This document shows, one piece after another, positions 10,011 to 18,416 of a stretch of 56,529 nt of DNA; within the stretch, counting starts at the first letter, position 1, and each line of letters begins with the position of its first letter. The stretch covers positions 1 to 56,529 of the forward strand of contig JACZYA010000003.1 of the NCBI GenBank assembly GCA_022571295.1. Direction: 5' to 3'. The stretch is from Acidobacteriota bacterium (GTDB lineage Bacteria > Acidobacteriota > Terriglobia > Acidiferrales > 2-02-FULL-67-57). The translations under genes were made by a program, and so were the position numbers. The notes beneath the pieces were generated by a model. The model was not told where the DNA came from and did not search any database. It saw only the letters and a program-made list of their open reading frames with translations.

Positions 10011-11012
10011 CTATTTTTTGCGGGCGGTGGTGCGTTTCATGTGGAGCTTGCTGGCCATGGTACGGAGGGTTTCGGCGACGTTGCGGTTCACGCCGAGAAA
10101 CTTCAGGTCCTTGTTGATGAGGTGATTCAGGAAGGGCAGGGAAACATCCAGAGGTGTGCGGGGGTTGTTGACCAGATTGCGCACCACCGCGTAGTTCTTG
10201 ACGAATTTGCGGGTGCTGGCGATGATGCGCAGCACTTCATCGGCCACGTTCTTCATGCCGGCGAAGGACTCAATCTCGCTGTCGGACAGCCGGGGGGATT
10301 GCAGCACGGCTCGATAGACTACTTTGTTCGGGTCGCGAATCAGAATCATGCGCGTCTCACGGCCGCCTTTCAGAGCAAATTGCACGCGCTCGGAGATGCT
10401 CATGTCGGTGATTTTTTGGACCAGGCTGATGCGTGCACGCTCGTCCTTGGAGCTGGTCTGGGTGTCAGCTTCTTCGCGGGCCAGCGCATCAGCTCGCTCT
10501 TTTTCCTGCCGGGTGAAATCGGTGTGGAGCGCCTTCAGCCGGCTGTGGAGTGTTTGGGGCAAGTCAGAGCGCTGTAGGAGCGCCGCCACCAGTTGGGGCA
10601 TTTCTGCCAAGCGCTCTTCGCTGCCGGTGATCTGCTCAATCTGTTCGAGCGACAAACGCGGCGTCAGGGGGGCCAGGGCCGCATCATCGGCGTGGGGATG
10701 ATTGGCGACCGCATTGACCACGGCCTCGACTGGGTCGGGCTGGCGGGAAAAGTAGGCCAGCGTTTCTGCGCTGGTCAGGGGATCGGCCAGCAGCGGGGCG
10801 CACTTTTCCGGCGACCAGCCGGCCAGGGTTTCCTTGGCGACCTCGCTGCACGTGGGGTCGGGGTCTTGTGTCAAAAAGACCAAGATTTCCAGCAGCTCGT
10901 CGGCGGAGACCGGAATGGTGCCGCGTGAGGCCCGACGCTTGATCACAGTCGGGGCCGTGCCCCGGCGTATGGCTTCCAGGATGGCGCGCTCTTCTTTCTC
11001 CGGCAGAGGCAT
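10011..11012 (-). CDS. Hypothetical alpha-helical repeat protein (HEAT/LRV-like NP-repeats)
   Basis: 333-aa ORF 4 nt downstream of the rodZ stop; repeats LADPLTS, ANHPHA, LQSPRLS, VNNPRTP. Confidence 0.75.
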   Translation of the reverse strand: MPLPEKEERAILEAIRRGTAPTVIKRRASRGTIPVSADELLEILVFLTQDPDPTCSEVAKETLAGWSPEKCAPLLADPLTSAETLAYFSRQPDPVEAVVNAVANHPHADDAALAPLTPRLSLEQIEQITGSEERLAEMPQLVAALLQRSDLPQTLHSRLKALHTDFTRQEKERADALAREEADTQTSSKDERARISLVQKITDMSISERVQFALKGGRETRMILIRDPNKVVYRAVLQSPRLSDSEIESFAGMKNVADEVLRIIASTRKFVKNYAVVRNLVNNPRTPLDVSLPFLNHLINKDLKFLGVNRNVAETLRTMASKLHMKRTTARKK

Positions 11013-11015
11013 GGT

Positions 11016-11825
11016 CTATAGGAGGTCTTTGGCGGTCAGAGTAACCTGCTTGGTTTCGCCCGGATTGCCCAGGGGGGCCAGGGTCTTGCCGTTCAGCGTT
11101 AAGACCACTGCCGCGGCGTTGTTGGTGGATAGCTCGATCTCCCGTCCGGCGCGGAAGGTGCGAGTTTCGCCGGGCCCCATCCGACCCTGAAAGGCCGGCT
11201 GGCCGTCCACGGTCACGGTCACCTGCGCATCTTTGAGCGTATCGATTTGAAGCCGAAGTTCGGTCGCGGCGGGGGACTGCTCCCGGAGGGCGGTTCTTGT
11301 AGTCGTAGCTGGAGCGGCGGCGGTTGGAACAGATGTGAGCGCGGAGGGGGCCGCTTCTGCTGCGGGCGCAGGAGGCAGTTCGGCGGAGGCCGGAGGCTGG
11401 CCAATCGTCGGGGTCTGAGCGGTTGTGGTGCGGGCGGCCGCTTCGGCTGCGCGCTGCATGCGGACTTGATGTACCAGGTATGCCGCCGCCCCGAACACAG
11501 CTACTAGGACGACCAAGCTCCAGACCCGGCGACTGATTGAGCTGGGCGCAGGAGGCCGGGGAGGCGAGTAGCGGGCCAGCACTTCCGCCTCTTCCCCTGC
11601 GGCCCGTGCGTATTCCCCAATCCAATGGTGTTCGTCCAGCTTCATGTAGCCGGCAATGGCGCGCACGAAGCCCCGGTTGAAAACGCCGCCGGGGAGTTGG
11701 TGGAATTGGTCGTCTTCCAACGCCACCAGGTATTTTCGGTTGATTCGCGTGGCGTTTGACAATTCGACCAGTGTTATGCCACGCAGCTCCCGTTCGCGCC
11801 GTAGATTCTCGCCAAAGGAGCCCAT
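11016..11825 (-). CDS. rodZ: RodZ-like protein (XRE HTH, TM, Pro/Ala linker, DUF4115)
   Basis: MGSFGENLRRERELRGITL...ALEDDQFHQLPGGVFNRGFVR; one TM; C-terminal VTVDG...NAAAVVLTLNGK. True start 11825, not the ORF-track start 12401. Confidence 0.88.
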   Translation of the reverse strand: MGSFGENLRRERELRGITLVELSNATRINRKYLVALEDDQFHQLPGGVFNRGFVRAIAGYMKLDEHHWIGEYARAAGEEAEVLARYSPPRPPAPSSISRRVWSLVVLVAVFGAAAYLVHQVRMQRAAEAAARTTTAQTPTIGQPPASAELPPAPAAEAAPSALTSVPTAAAPATTTRTALREQSPAATELRLQIDTLKDAQVTVTVDGQPAFQGRMGPGETRTFRAGREIELSTNNAAAVVLTLNGKTLAPLGNPGETKQVTLTAKDLL

Positions 11826-11852
11826 TGCCAGTCGTTGTCCAAGTGCAAAAGG

Positions 11853-11881
11853 ATGATAGGGTTGCACCGGGAGAGTGTCAA
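11853..11881 (-). promoter_or_regulatory. sigma70 promoter of rodZ
   Basis: Minus strand TTGACA-N17-TATCAT, 27 nt before the ATG. Confidence 0.7.
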
Positions 11882-11895
11882 CAAGCAAATGCCTG

Positions 11896-11925
11896 TTGCC
11901 GGGGCTGGAGCCTGAACCGTATAAT
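11896..11925 (+). promoter_or_regulatory. sigma70 promoter of the diguanylate cyclase (back-to-back with the rodZ promoter)
   Basis: TTGCCG-N18-TATAAT. Confidence 0.55.
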
Positions 11926-12000
11926 AGCGCGGCTGTTGTTTGATTGTTGATTGGCCGTCGGGGGTGGGAGCGCCCCTCGGAACGAAAGCTGTTACATAGT

Positions 12001-13125
12001 ATGGATACACGCAAAACCAAGCCCCGCGTGCGCGAGCCCGATTCCAAGAAGTCCGGCCGGACGTCTCCCGACCAAGTAGACAAAGTCACGGATCTCCGCC
12101 GCACGATGGAGGGGTTCGCCGTCGTGCACGACATGGCGAAGTCGCTCACTTCCTCGCTGCAACTCGACCAGGTGCTCAACACCATCATGGAAAAGGTTGA
12201 GCAGCTCTTGCAGCCGGACACCTGGTCGCTGCTGCTGGTGGACGAGAAGACAAACGAGTTGTACTTCCAGATTGCCACCGGAGAAGCCGCCGCCAAGCTG
12301 AAGGACGTGCGCTTGAAGATGGGAGAAGGTATCGCTGGCTGGGTCGCGCAGAGCGGCCAGGCGGAGATCGTGCCGGACGTCAGCAAGGATCCGCGCTTCA
12401 ATAAGCAAGTGGATCAGATGACCCAGATGAGCACCCATTCCATCGTGTGCGTGCCCATTAGCACCAAGGAGCGCGTGCTGGGAGTGATCGAGATCATCAA
12501 CCACATTGGCCATCGCGATTTTGACGAAGCCGATCTGGGCTTGCTGCACGCGATGGCCGACTACGCCGCCATTGCCCTGGAAAATGCTCTGCACGTGCAG
12601 CGCATCCATGAGTTGACCATCACCGACGACACCACTGAGCTCTACAACGTGCGCCACCTCAATTTTGTCCTGGAGACAGAAATCTATCGCTCCAAACGCT
12701 ACCAGTATCAATTCTCTTTGCTGTTCATTGACCTGGACCATTTCAAACAGGTGAACGACACCTACGGACATTTGATTGGAAGCAAGCTGCTGCGGGAGTT
12801 GGCCACTTTCCTGCGGGGCAGCTTGCGGCTGATTGATTATGCTTTCCGCTACGGGGGCGATGAGTTTGTGATCCTCTTGCCACAGACGGACAAAGAAAGC
12901 GCTTCCATCGTGGCCCGCCGGCTGCGCGAACAGTTGAACGCGACCGTGTTTATCCGAGATGAAGGCCTGAACATGCGGGTTACGGCCAGTATCGGCCTGG
13001 CCACTTTTCCGGGCGATGCCACCACCAAAGCGGATATGATCCGGATGGCCGACGAGGCCATGTATCACGTGAAAAACACCACCCGCGACAATATCGCTGT
13101 GGCCAACCAAGGCCTTCTGACCTAG
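12001..13125 (+). CDS. GAF-GGDEF diguanylate cyclase
   Basis: GAF domain (GEGIAGWVAQSG...DPRF), DLDHFKQVNDTYGH, intact GGDEF, and an RxxD I-site (RLID) five residues upstream. Confidence 0.93.
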   Translation: MDTRKTKPRVREPDSKKSGRTSPDQVDKVTDLRRTMEGFAVVHDMAKSLTSSLQLDQVLNTIMEKVEQLLQPDTWSLLLVDEKTNELYFQIATGEAAAKLKDVRLKMGEGIAGWVAQSGQAEIVPDVSKDPRFNKQVDQMTQMSTHSIVCVPISTKERVLGVIEIINHIGHRDFDEADLGLLHAMADYAAIALENALHVQRIHELTITDDTTELYNVRHLNFVLETEIYRSKRYQYQFSLLFIDLDHFKQVNDTYGHLIGSKLLRELATFLRGSLRLIDYAFRYGGDEFVILLPQTDKESASIVARRLREQLNATVFIRDEGLNMRVTASIGLATFPGDATTKADMIRMADEAMYHVKNTTRDNIAVANQGLLT

Positions 13126-13156
13126 CTTTGCTTGTTTCCTTTCCGTGCCGTATTTC

Positions 13157-13186
13157 TTGACCCGCTTCCAACACTCGTGCTAGCGT
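13157..13186 (+). promoter_or_regulatory. Candidate sigma70 promoter of the BMC-H/aldehyde dehydrogenase pair
   Basis: TTGACC-N18-TAGCGT with TG extended -10. Confidence 0.5.
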
Positions 13187-13207
13187 GACTCTGTAACCGG
13201 TCGAACT

Positions 13208-13561
13208 ATGACGCCCCGCACCCGCAACCCGAACGTTGGCACCTCTTCCCAACAGGTTTCTCGAGACGCCCTGGGCATGATTGAAACGCGCGGGCTGGTA
13301 GCTTCGATTGAGGCTGCGGACGCTATGGTCAAAGCAGCGAACGTGGCGATCCTCGGGCAGACCTTCATCGGGGCCGGCTACGTTACGGTCATGGTGCGCG
13401 GGGACGTGGGCTCGGTCAAGGCGGCCACCGATGCCGGTGCAGCGGCGGCCCGGCGCGTGGGTGAGTTGGTCAGCGTGCATGTGATCCCTCGGCCCCACCC
13501 CGAAGTGGAAAGCATTCTCCCCAGTGGCGGCAAGATTCCGCCCGGGCAGGCATCATGGTAG
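13208..13561 (+). CDS. Bacterial microcompartment hexameric shell protein (BMC-H; EutM/PduA/CcmK-like)
   Basis: [26 protein letters not shown]...[20 protein letters not shown]...HVIPRPH. Confidence 0.95.
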   Translation: MTPRTRNPNVGTSSQQVSRDALGMIETRGLVASIEAADAMVKAANVAILGQTFIGAGYVTVMVRGDVGSVKAATDAGAAAARRVGELVSVHVIPRPHPEVESILPSGGKIPPGQASW

Positions 13562-13646
13562 TTCCCCGGTTCCGGTCCGGCATTGACCGACATTGTTTGG
13601 TAGCGACTCTGCTGAGCGGAACCTGAGTTTTTCCAGGAGCAGGGCG

Positions 13647-15398
13647 ATGAGCGTCAGCGATTCCGACCTCCGTGCCGTACAACAGGTACGCGACTTGATC
13701 CGTGCTGCAGTGGCGGCACAGCAACGCTGGGCCACTTTCTCCCAGGGACAGATTGATGCGGTCATTGAAGCGATGGCCACCGCCGCCACACAGGCCGCTG
13801 AGCAACTGGCTCGCATGGCGGTGGAGGAAACCGGCTTCGGCAACGTGCCGGACAAGATCAAGAAGAACAAGTTCTGCTCCGAGGACGTCTATCGCGCCAT
13901 CCGCCCCATGCGGACGGTCGGCATCTTGCGCGAGGATCGGGAGAAGGGCGTGATTGAAGTGGCGGAACCCGTGGGCGTGGTGGCGGCCATCATTCCGTGT
14001 ACCAATCCCACTTCGACCGCCATCTACAAAATCCTGATTTCGCTCAAGGCCCGCAATGGAGTTGTGCTGAGTCCGCATCCGTCGGCGAAGAAATGTATTT
14101 GTGCTACGGCTGACGTGCTGCAGAAAGCGGCGCTGAAGGCGGGCGCACCGGAGGGTCTGATCGGGTGCCTCACGCAGGTGACCACCCAATCAACCCAGGA
14201 GTTGATGCGGCATCGGAATGTCGCCGTCATTCTGGCCACGGGCGGCACCGGGCTGGTGCGAGCGGCCTATAGCTCGGGAAAACCCGCCTATGGGGTCGGG
14301 CCCGGCAATGTGCCGGCCTACATCGAGCGCACCGCCAACGTTCGCAAGGCGGTGGGGGATGTCATCACAGGAACCAGTTTCGACAACGGCACCATCTGCT
14401 CCTCGGAACAAGCGATCCTGGCGGAAGAGCCCATCCGGGATGCCGTGCTGCAGGAGTTGCGGGAGCAGGGAACATACTTCTTGAATGCGCAGGAAATGGA
14501 CGCGGTGGGCCAAGTGGTGTTTCGCTCGGACACATTTCGCGTCAACCCCAAGATTGTTGGCCGCGCCGCGCCGGTGATTGCAGAGATGGCCGGGTTTAAG
14601 GTTCCGCCCCAGACGCGGGTCTTGTTGGCGGAACCGGGGGGCGTGGGGCGCGCCTACCCGCTGTCGGCTGAAAAGCTTTCGCCCATCCTGGCTTTCTACA
14701 CCGTTCGGAACTGGCAGCACGGAGTAGAGCTGGCCAATCAGTTGCTGGCTTTTGGCGGACTGGGCCATACCGCCTCCATCCACTCCACCAACGACGCCGT
14801 CATTCGGGAATACGGCCAGCGGGTGCGCGCTTCCCGGGTGGTGGTGAACAGTCCGGCTCCGCAGGGCTCGATTGGGCTCTCCACCGGCTTATTTCCCGCC
14901 ATGACGTTGGGTTGCGGGGCGATGGGCGGCAATATCACCTCCGATAACATCGGGCCGCAGCATTTGTTCAACATCAAGAGGATCGCTTATGAGACGCGCC
15001 CGGTCGAGTCGGCCGTGGTGCAGCGCGCCGTGTTGGTTCCGCAGGCGGTACCAGCCGCTCCAGCTAGCGCACCGGCAAGCGCGAAGGTCCCCGACCGCGG
15101 CACCATCGCTCGTGTGGTGGAGCGTTTCCTGGCACAGAAAGGAGTGTCACCCCCGAGTGCGCCTGCCACTCCAGTGGCACAGGAGGCGAAGAACGAGCCG
15201 GTGTCACCGCCGCCTTCACCCGTGGCAGATTTCGTCAGCGAGAGCGACGTGCTCGCCGCTATGCAGCGGTCGGAGAAGATTTACATTTCTCCCCAAACCA
15301 TTCTCACGCCTTCGGCTCGAGATTTAGGCTTTGCCCAAGGCGTATTTGTTGAATCCGCCGCCAATCCGGCCACGGGCGCTGTTGCACGCTCCGGCTGA
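13647..15398 (+). CDS. CoA-acylating aldehyde dehydrogenase (EutE/AdhE-N-like) with C-terminal encapsulation-peptide-like extension
   Basis: PCTNPTST, ILATGG, SSGKPAYGVGPGN, SFDNGTICSSEQ (catalytic Cys), EKLSP, GHTASIH, TLGCG; Pro/Ala-rich tail with amphipathic helix DRGTIARVVERFLAQK. Confidence 0.92.
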   Translation: MSVSDSDLRAVQQVRDLIRAAVAAQQRWATFSQGQIDAVIEAMATAATQAAEQLARMAVEETGFGNVPDKIKKNKFCSEDVYRAIRPMRTVGILREDREKGVIEVAEPVGVVAAIIPCTNPTSTAIYKILISLKARNGVVLSPHPSAKKCICATADVLQKAALKAGAPEGLIGCLTQVTTQSTQELMRHRNVAVILATGGTGLVRAAYSSGKPAYGVGPGNVPAYIERTANVRKAVGDVITGTSFDNGTICSSEQAILAEEPIRDAVLQELREQGTYFLNAQEMDAVGQVVFRSDTFRVNPKIVGRAAPVIAEMAGFKVPPQTRVLLAEPGGVGRAYPLSAEKLSPILAFYTVRNWQHGVELANQLLAFGGLGHTASIHSTNDAVIREYGQRVRASRVVVNSPAPQGSIGLSTGLFPAMTLGCGAMGGNITSDNIGPQHLFNIKRIAYETRPVESAVVQRAVLVPQAVPAAPASAPASAKVPDRGTIARVVERFLAQKGVSPPSAPATPVAQEAKNEPVSPPPSPVADFVSESDVLAAMQRSEKIYISPQTILTPSARDLGFAQGVFVESAANPATGAVARSG

Positions 15399-15474
15399 TC
15401 TATTCTTCCTGGGCTTTTCCCTGTTCGTCTTGTCTGGCTAGCCCTCCTCTCCTATACTCCCAAGAGGGACCTAT

Positions 15475-17679
15475 ATGAGGCCACTTCCTGTTGCGCAGAT
15501 GCGGCGTTTGGCGTTGCTCGCCGTTGTTGCGGTGGCGGTGATCACCGTCGGCAGCTACGGTCTGCGTCGTTGGCGCCTCTACCAAGTGCGTCGCGCAGCA
15601 CCCGCTTCTCTTCCGTCAGAGGTACAACAGCAGGCGGAGAAGTTCACGCTTTCCCGTTCCGAGGCAGGTCAAACTCTTTTTACCCTCCAGGCGGGCCGGA
15701 CCATCGAGCGCGAGGGCGATACCACCGTGCTTGAGGATGTGTCGGTTGTACTCTATGGCCGGGGTGGTGGGCGCTCCGACGAAATCCACACCAAGCGCTG
15801 CGAATACGATCCTGCTGGAAGCGGTGAAGTGTACTGTCCGGGCAAGGTCACCATTCTTTTGCGGGGAGCGCCCGGGGCCTCGATTGATTCGGTGGAAACA
15901 GGAGTACCGTCGCTTGAGTTGCAGACCGAGGGCGTGCGGTTTGCCATTACTGAGGGCACGGCTTGGACGGATCGGCCGGTTCAATTTTCTTTTCGCGGAG
16001 GACGCGGTCAGGCCATGGGGCTGCGGTACCAAGCGCAGGACCCTACGGTGGTGTTGGAGAAAGAGGTTGAGATTGAAGTTCAGCGGGCAGGGAATGAGCC
16101 GCTGCAGATCCGGGGCGCTCGGCTGCTCTATTTTTCCGGCAAGCTGAAGCTGGAGTTGCTTCCGCCGCTTGAGATGCGCGCCAGTGACAGCCGTTTGGTC
16201 GCCGACAAGCTCTCCCTGTTTCTGGATCCAAGCTTCGGAATTAAGCGCATGCAAGCGTCGGGGAACGTCCGCGCGCGTCGGCACCAAGTCGGCCGGGAGC
16301 AGGAACTGCGCGCAGATCGCGCTGTGGCCTATTACGCTGCCGATGGGTTGATGGAACGGCTGGACGCCGAGGGCGGGGTGGAGTTTACCTCCCGCACAAC
16401 CGAGAGCGAAGAGCGTTTGACTTCGCAGAGTGTGGTTCTCCAGTTCGATCCTTCGCACCGCCTGGTACGGCAAGTGGTGGCTGAGGGAAACGCCCAATTC
16501 ACCGTGGAGACAAAAGAGGAGACCCGCCGCTTGCAGGGTCCCACCCTGACGTTGGAGTTGCGGGCCGAAGCGCCCGAGCAGCGTTTGTTGCGGGCTCCGA
16601 AAGGTGGCGAACTCCACCTGACCGGCGCTGCCGGTGAACAGCGCACCATAACCGCCAACCGATTGGATCTCGAAATTGAGCGAGGACGTCTGCGCTCCCT
16701 GCGCGCTTCCGGCCAGGTGCGCACGCGAGAGACCCAGCCGGGCCAACCCACGCGCAAGACGAGCAGCGAAGAATTGAGGACGGAGTTCGACAGCAAGGGA
16801 AAAATCGTCGCCGCCGAGCAGTGGGACGGCTTTCGGTTTGAGGACGAACGCTGGCAGGCGGAAGCGGGACGTGCCCGCTACCATGCGGAGGAGTCCGTCT
16901 TTCTGCTCAGCGAGCAGCCTTCGCTGTGGAATGAAACCACCCGAACAACGGCCCGCACAATTGAGATCGCTGAGGGAACAGGAATTGTCCGGGCTGAAGG
17001 TGAGGTGCGCACGACCCAACGCCCAAGTCCGGGAAGTACGCGCGGGTTCGGCAGCGGCGTGATTCAGTTGGCCGCGCAGACGATGGAAGCTAACCAAGCA
17101 CAGGGGTGGGCCCGCTACCAGGGAGAAGCGCGCATGTGGCAGGGCGAGACGCGATTGGCCGCAGAACTGATTGAGTTGTTTCAGCAACCGGCGGAGCTGC
17201 GGGCACGGGGCCACGTGTCGGCCCTGTTGGTGGAAGCAACGGAGGAAGCGGCGAGTACAACCCAATCTCATCGCGCTGTGTACATCACCTCAGAACAGTT
17301 TACCTACTTGGAATCGGAGCGCCGAGGGCTGTTTGAACAAAACGTGAGGGCCAGAAATGAATTTGGGACGCTCACCGGCCCTCGGCTGGAAGTGTTTTTG
17401 GTGCCTGACCAGAGCACTGGCTCGCAACGCCTCGAACGCGCACACGCCAGCGGCGGTGTGCGCATCGTACGGGATGGCCGGGTGTCTGTCAGTGAGCAGG
17501 CGGACTACAGCGCCAGCGCGGGGACAGTAGTTTTGTGGGGTGGAACACCGACGGTGCGGGATGGGCAAGGCGGCAGCACCACCGGCGCTCGTTTGACTTT
17601 GTTTTTAGCGGATGGTAGGATTCGAGTGGATTCGGCAGAAGGAATCCGTACCGTCACTCGCCGCCCGCGGACTCAATGA
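15475..17679 (+). CDS. LPS transport periplasmic protein, LptC/LptA-like multi-beta-jellyroll fusion
   Basis: N-terminal TM anchor followed by repeated OstA-like motifs (ASGNVRA, AEGGVEF, AEGNAQF, ASGQVRT, AEGEVRT, ARGHVSA, ASGGVRI); directly upstream of lptB. Confidence 0.8.
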   Translation: MRPLPVAQMRRLALLAVVAVAVITVGSYGLRRWRLYQVRRAAPASLPSEVQQQAEKFTLSRSEAGQTLFTLQAGRTIEREGDTTVLEDVSVVLYGRGGGRSDEIHTKRCEYDPAGSGEVYCPGKVTILLRGAPGASIDSVETGVPSLELQTEGVRFAITEGTAWTDRPVQFSFRGGRGQAMGLRYQAQDPTVVLEKEVEIEVQRAGNEPLQIRGARLLYFSGKLKLELLPPLEMRASDSRLVADKLSLFLDPSFGIKRMQASGNVRARRHQVGREQELRADRAVAYYAADGLMERLDAEGGVEFTSRTTESEERLTSQSVVLQFDPSHRLVRQVVAEGNAQFTVETKEETRRLQGPTLTLELRAEAPEQRLLRAPKGGELHLTGAAGEQRTITANRLDLEIERGRLRSLRASGQVRTRETQPGQPTRKTSSEELRTEFDSKGKIVAAEQWDGFRFEDERWQAEAGRARYHAEESVFLLSEQPSLWNETTRTTARTIEIAEGTGIVRAEGEVRTTQRPSPGSTRGFGSGVIQLAAQTMEANQAQGWARYQGEARMWQGETRLAAELIELFQQPAELRARGHVSALLVEATEEAASTTQSHRAVYITSEQFTYLESERRGLFEQNVRARNEFGTLTGPRLEVFLVPDQSTGSQRLERAHASGGVRIVRDGRVSVSEQADYSASAGTVVLWGGTPTVRDGQGGSTTGARLTLFLADGRIRVDSAEGIRTVTRRPRTQ
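17593..17621 (+). promoter_or_regulatory. Internal sigma70 promoter for lptB-rpoN-rapZ
   Basis: TTGACT-N17-TAGGAT with extended TG, inside the 3' end of the LptC/A gene. Confidence 0.6.
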
Positions 17680-17682
17680 CCC

Positions 17683-18408
17683 ATGTTACAGTTGACGGCC
17701 GAAGAGTTGAGCAAATCTTTTCGTGGCCGTAGAGTTGTCAACAACGTCAGTTTGACCGTGGGGGAGGGCGAAGTGGTGGGCTTGCTGGGGCCGAACGGCG
17801 CCGGCAAGACCACGATTTTTCACATGGTTGTGGGGCTCATCCGTCCGGACACGGGCCGCGTTCGCCTGAACGGAATTGACCTGACCGAATTTCCCATGTA
17901 CCTGCGGGCGCGACATGGGTTGACCTATCTGCCCCAGGAACCTTCAGTATTCCGCAAGCTGACGGTGGAGCAAAATATTCTGGCGGTGGCGGAAACGTTA
18001 CCGTTGACGGGCAAGCAGCGGCAGGAACAGTTGGAAGAGTTGCTGAACTTGCTGGGGCTGACGCACTTGCGGAAGCACTTGGCCTACACGCTCTCCGGTG
18101 GCGAGCGGCGCCGGCTGGAGATTGCGCGTGCGCTGGTAATCTCGCCCAAATTTATGCTGTTGGACGAACCCTTTTCCGGCATTGATCCCATCACGGTGCT
18201 GGAGATTCAGAAGATTGTGCGGGGTTTGAAGGCCTCAGGTATCGGGGTGCTGATTACGGACCACAACGTGCGCGAGACGCTGCGAGTCACCGATCGCGCT
18301 AATATCATCCACAACGGGAAGATTTTCCGCAGCGGCACTCCGCAGGAGCTGGAGGCCGATCCGGAAGTGCGGCGAATTTACCTGGGCGATCATTTTCGAT
18401 TGCACTAG
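17683..18408 (+). CDS. lptB: LPS export ABC ATPase
   Basis: [46 protein letters not shown]. Confidence 0.96.
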   Translation: MLQLTAEELSKSFRGRRVVNNVSLTVGEGEVVGLLGPNGAGKTTIFHMVVGLIRPDTGRVRLNGIDLTEFPMYLRARHGLTYLPQEPSVFRKLTVEQNILAVAETLPLTGKQRQEQLEELLNLLGLTHLRKHLAYTLSGGERRRLEIARALVISPKFMLLDEPFSGIDPITVLEIQKIVRGLKASGIGVLITDHNVRETLRVTDRANIIHNGKIFRSGTPQELEADPEVRRIYLGDHFRLH

Positions 18409-18416
18409 AGCAGACT

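Noticed and set aside
11826-12401. Long N-terminal extensions in the ORF track for rodZ (also dcd 29972, priA 26270, mutL 37735, pdp 4587, amidohydrolase 8404)
   Set aside because: They overlap neighbouring genes or promoters; family N termini and RBS positions point to the downstream starts.
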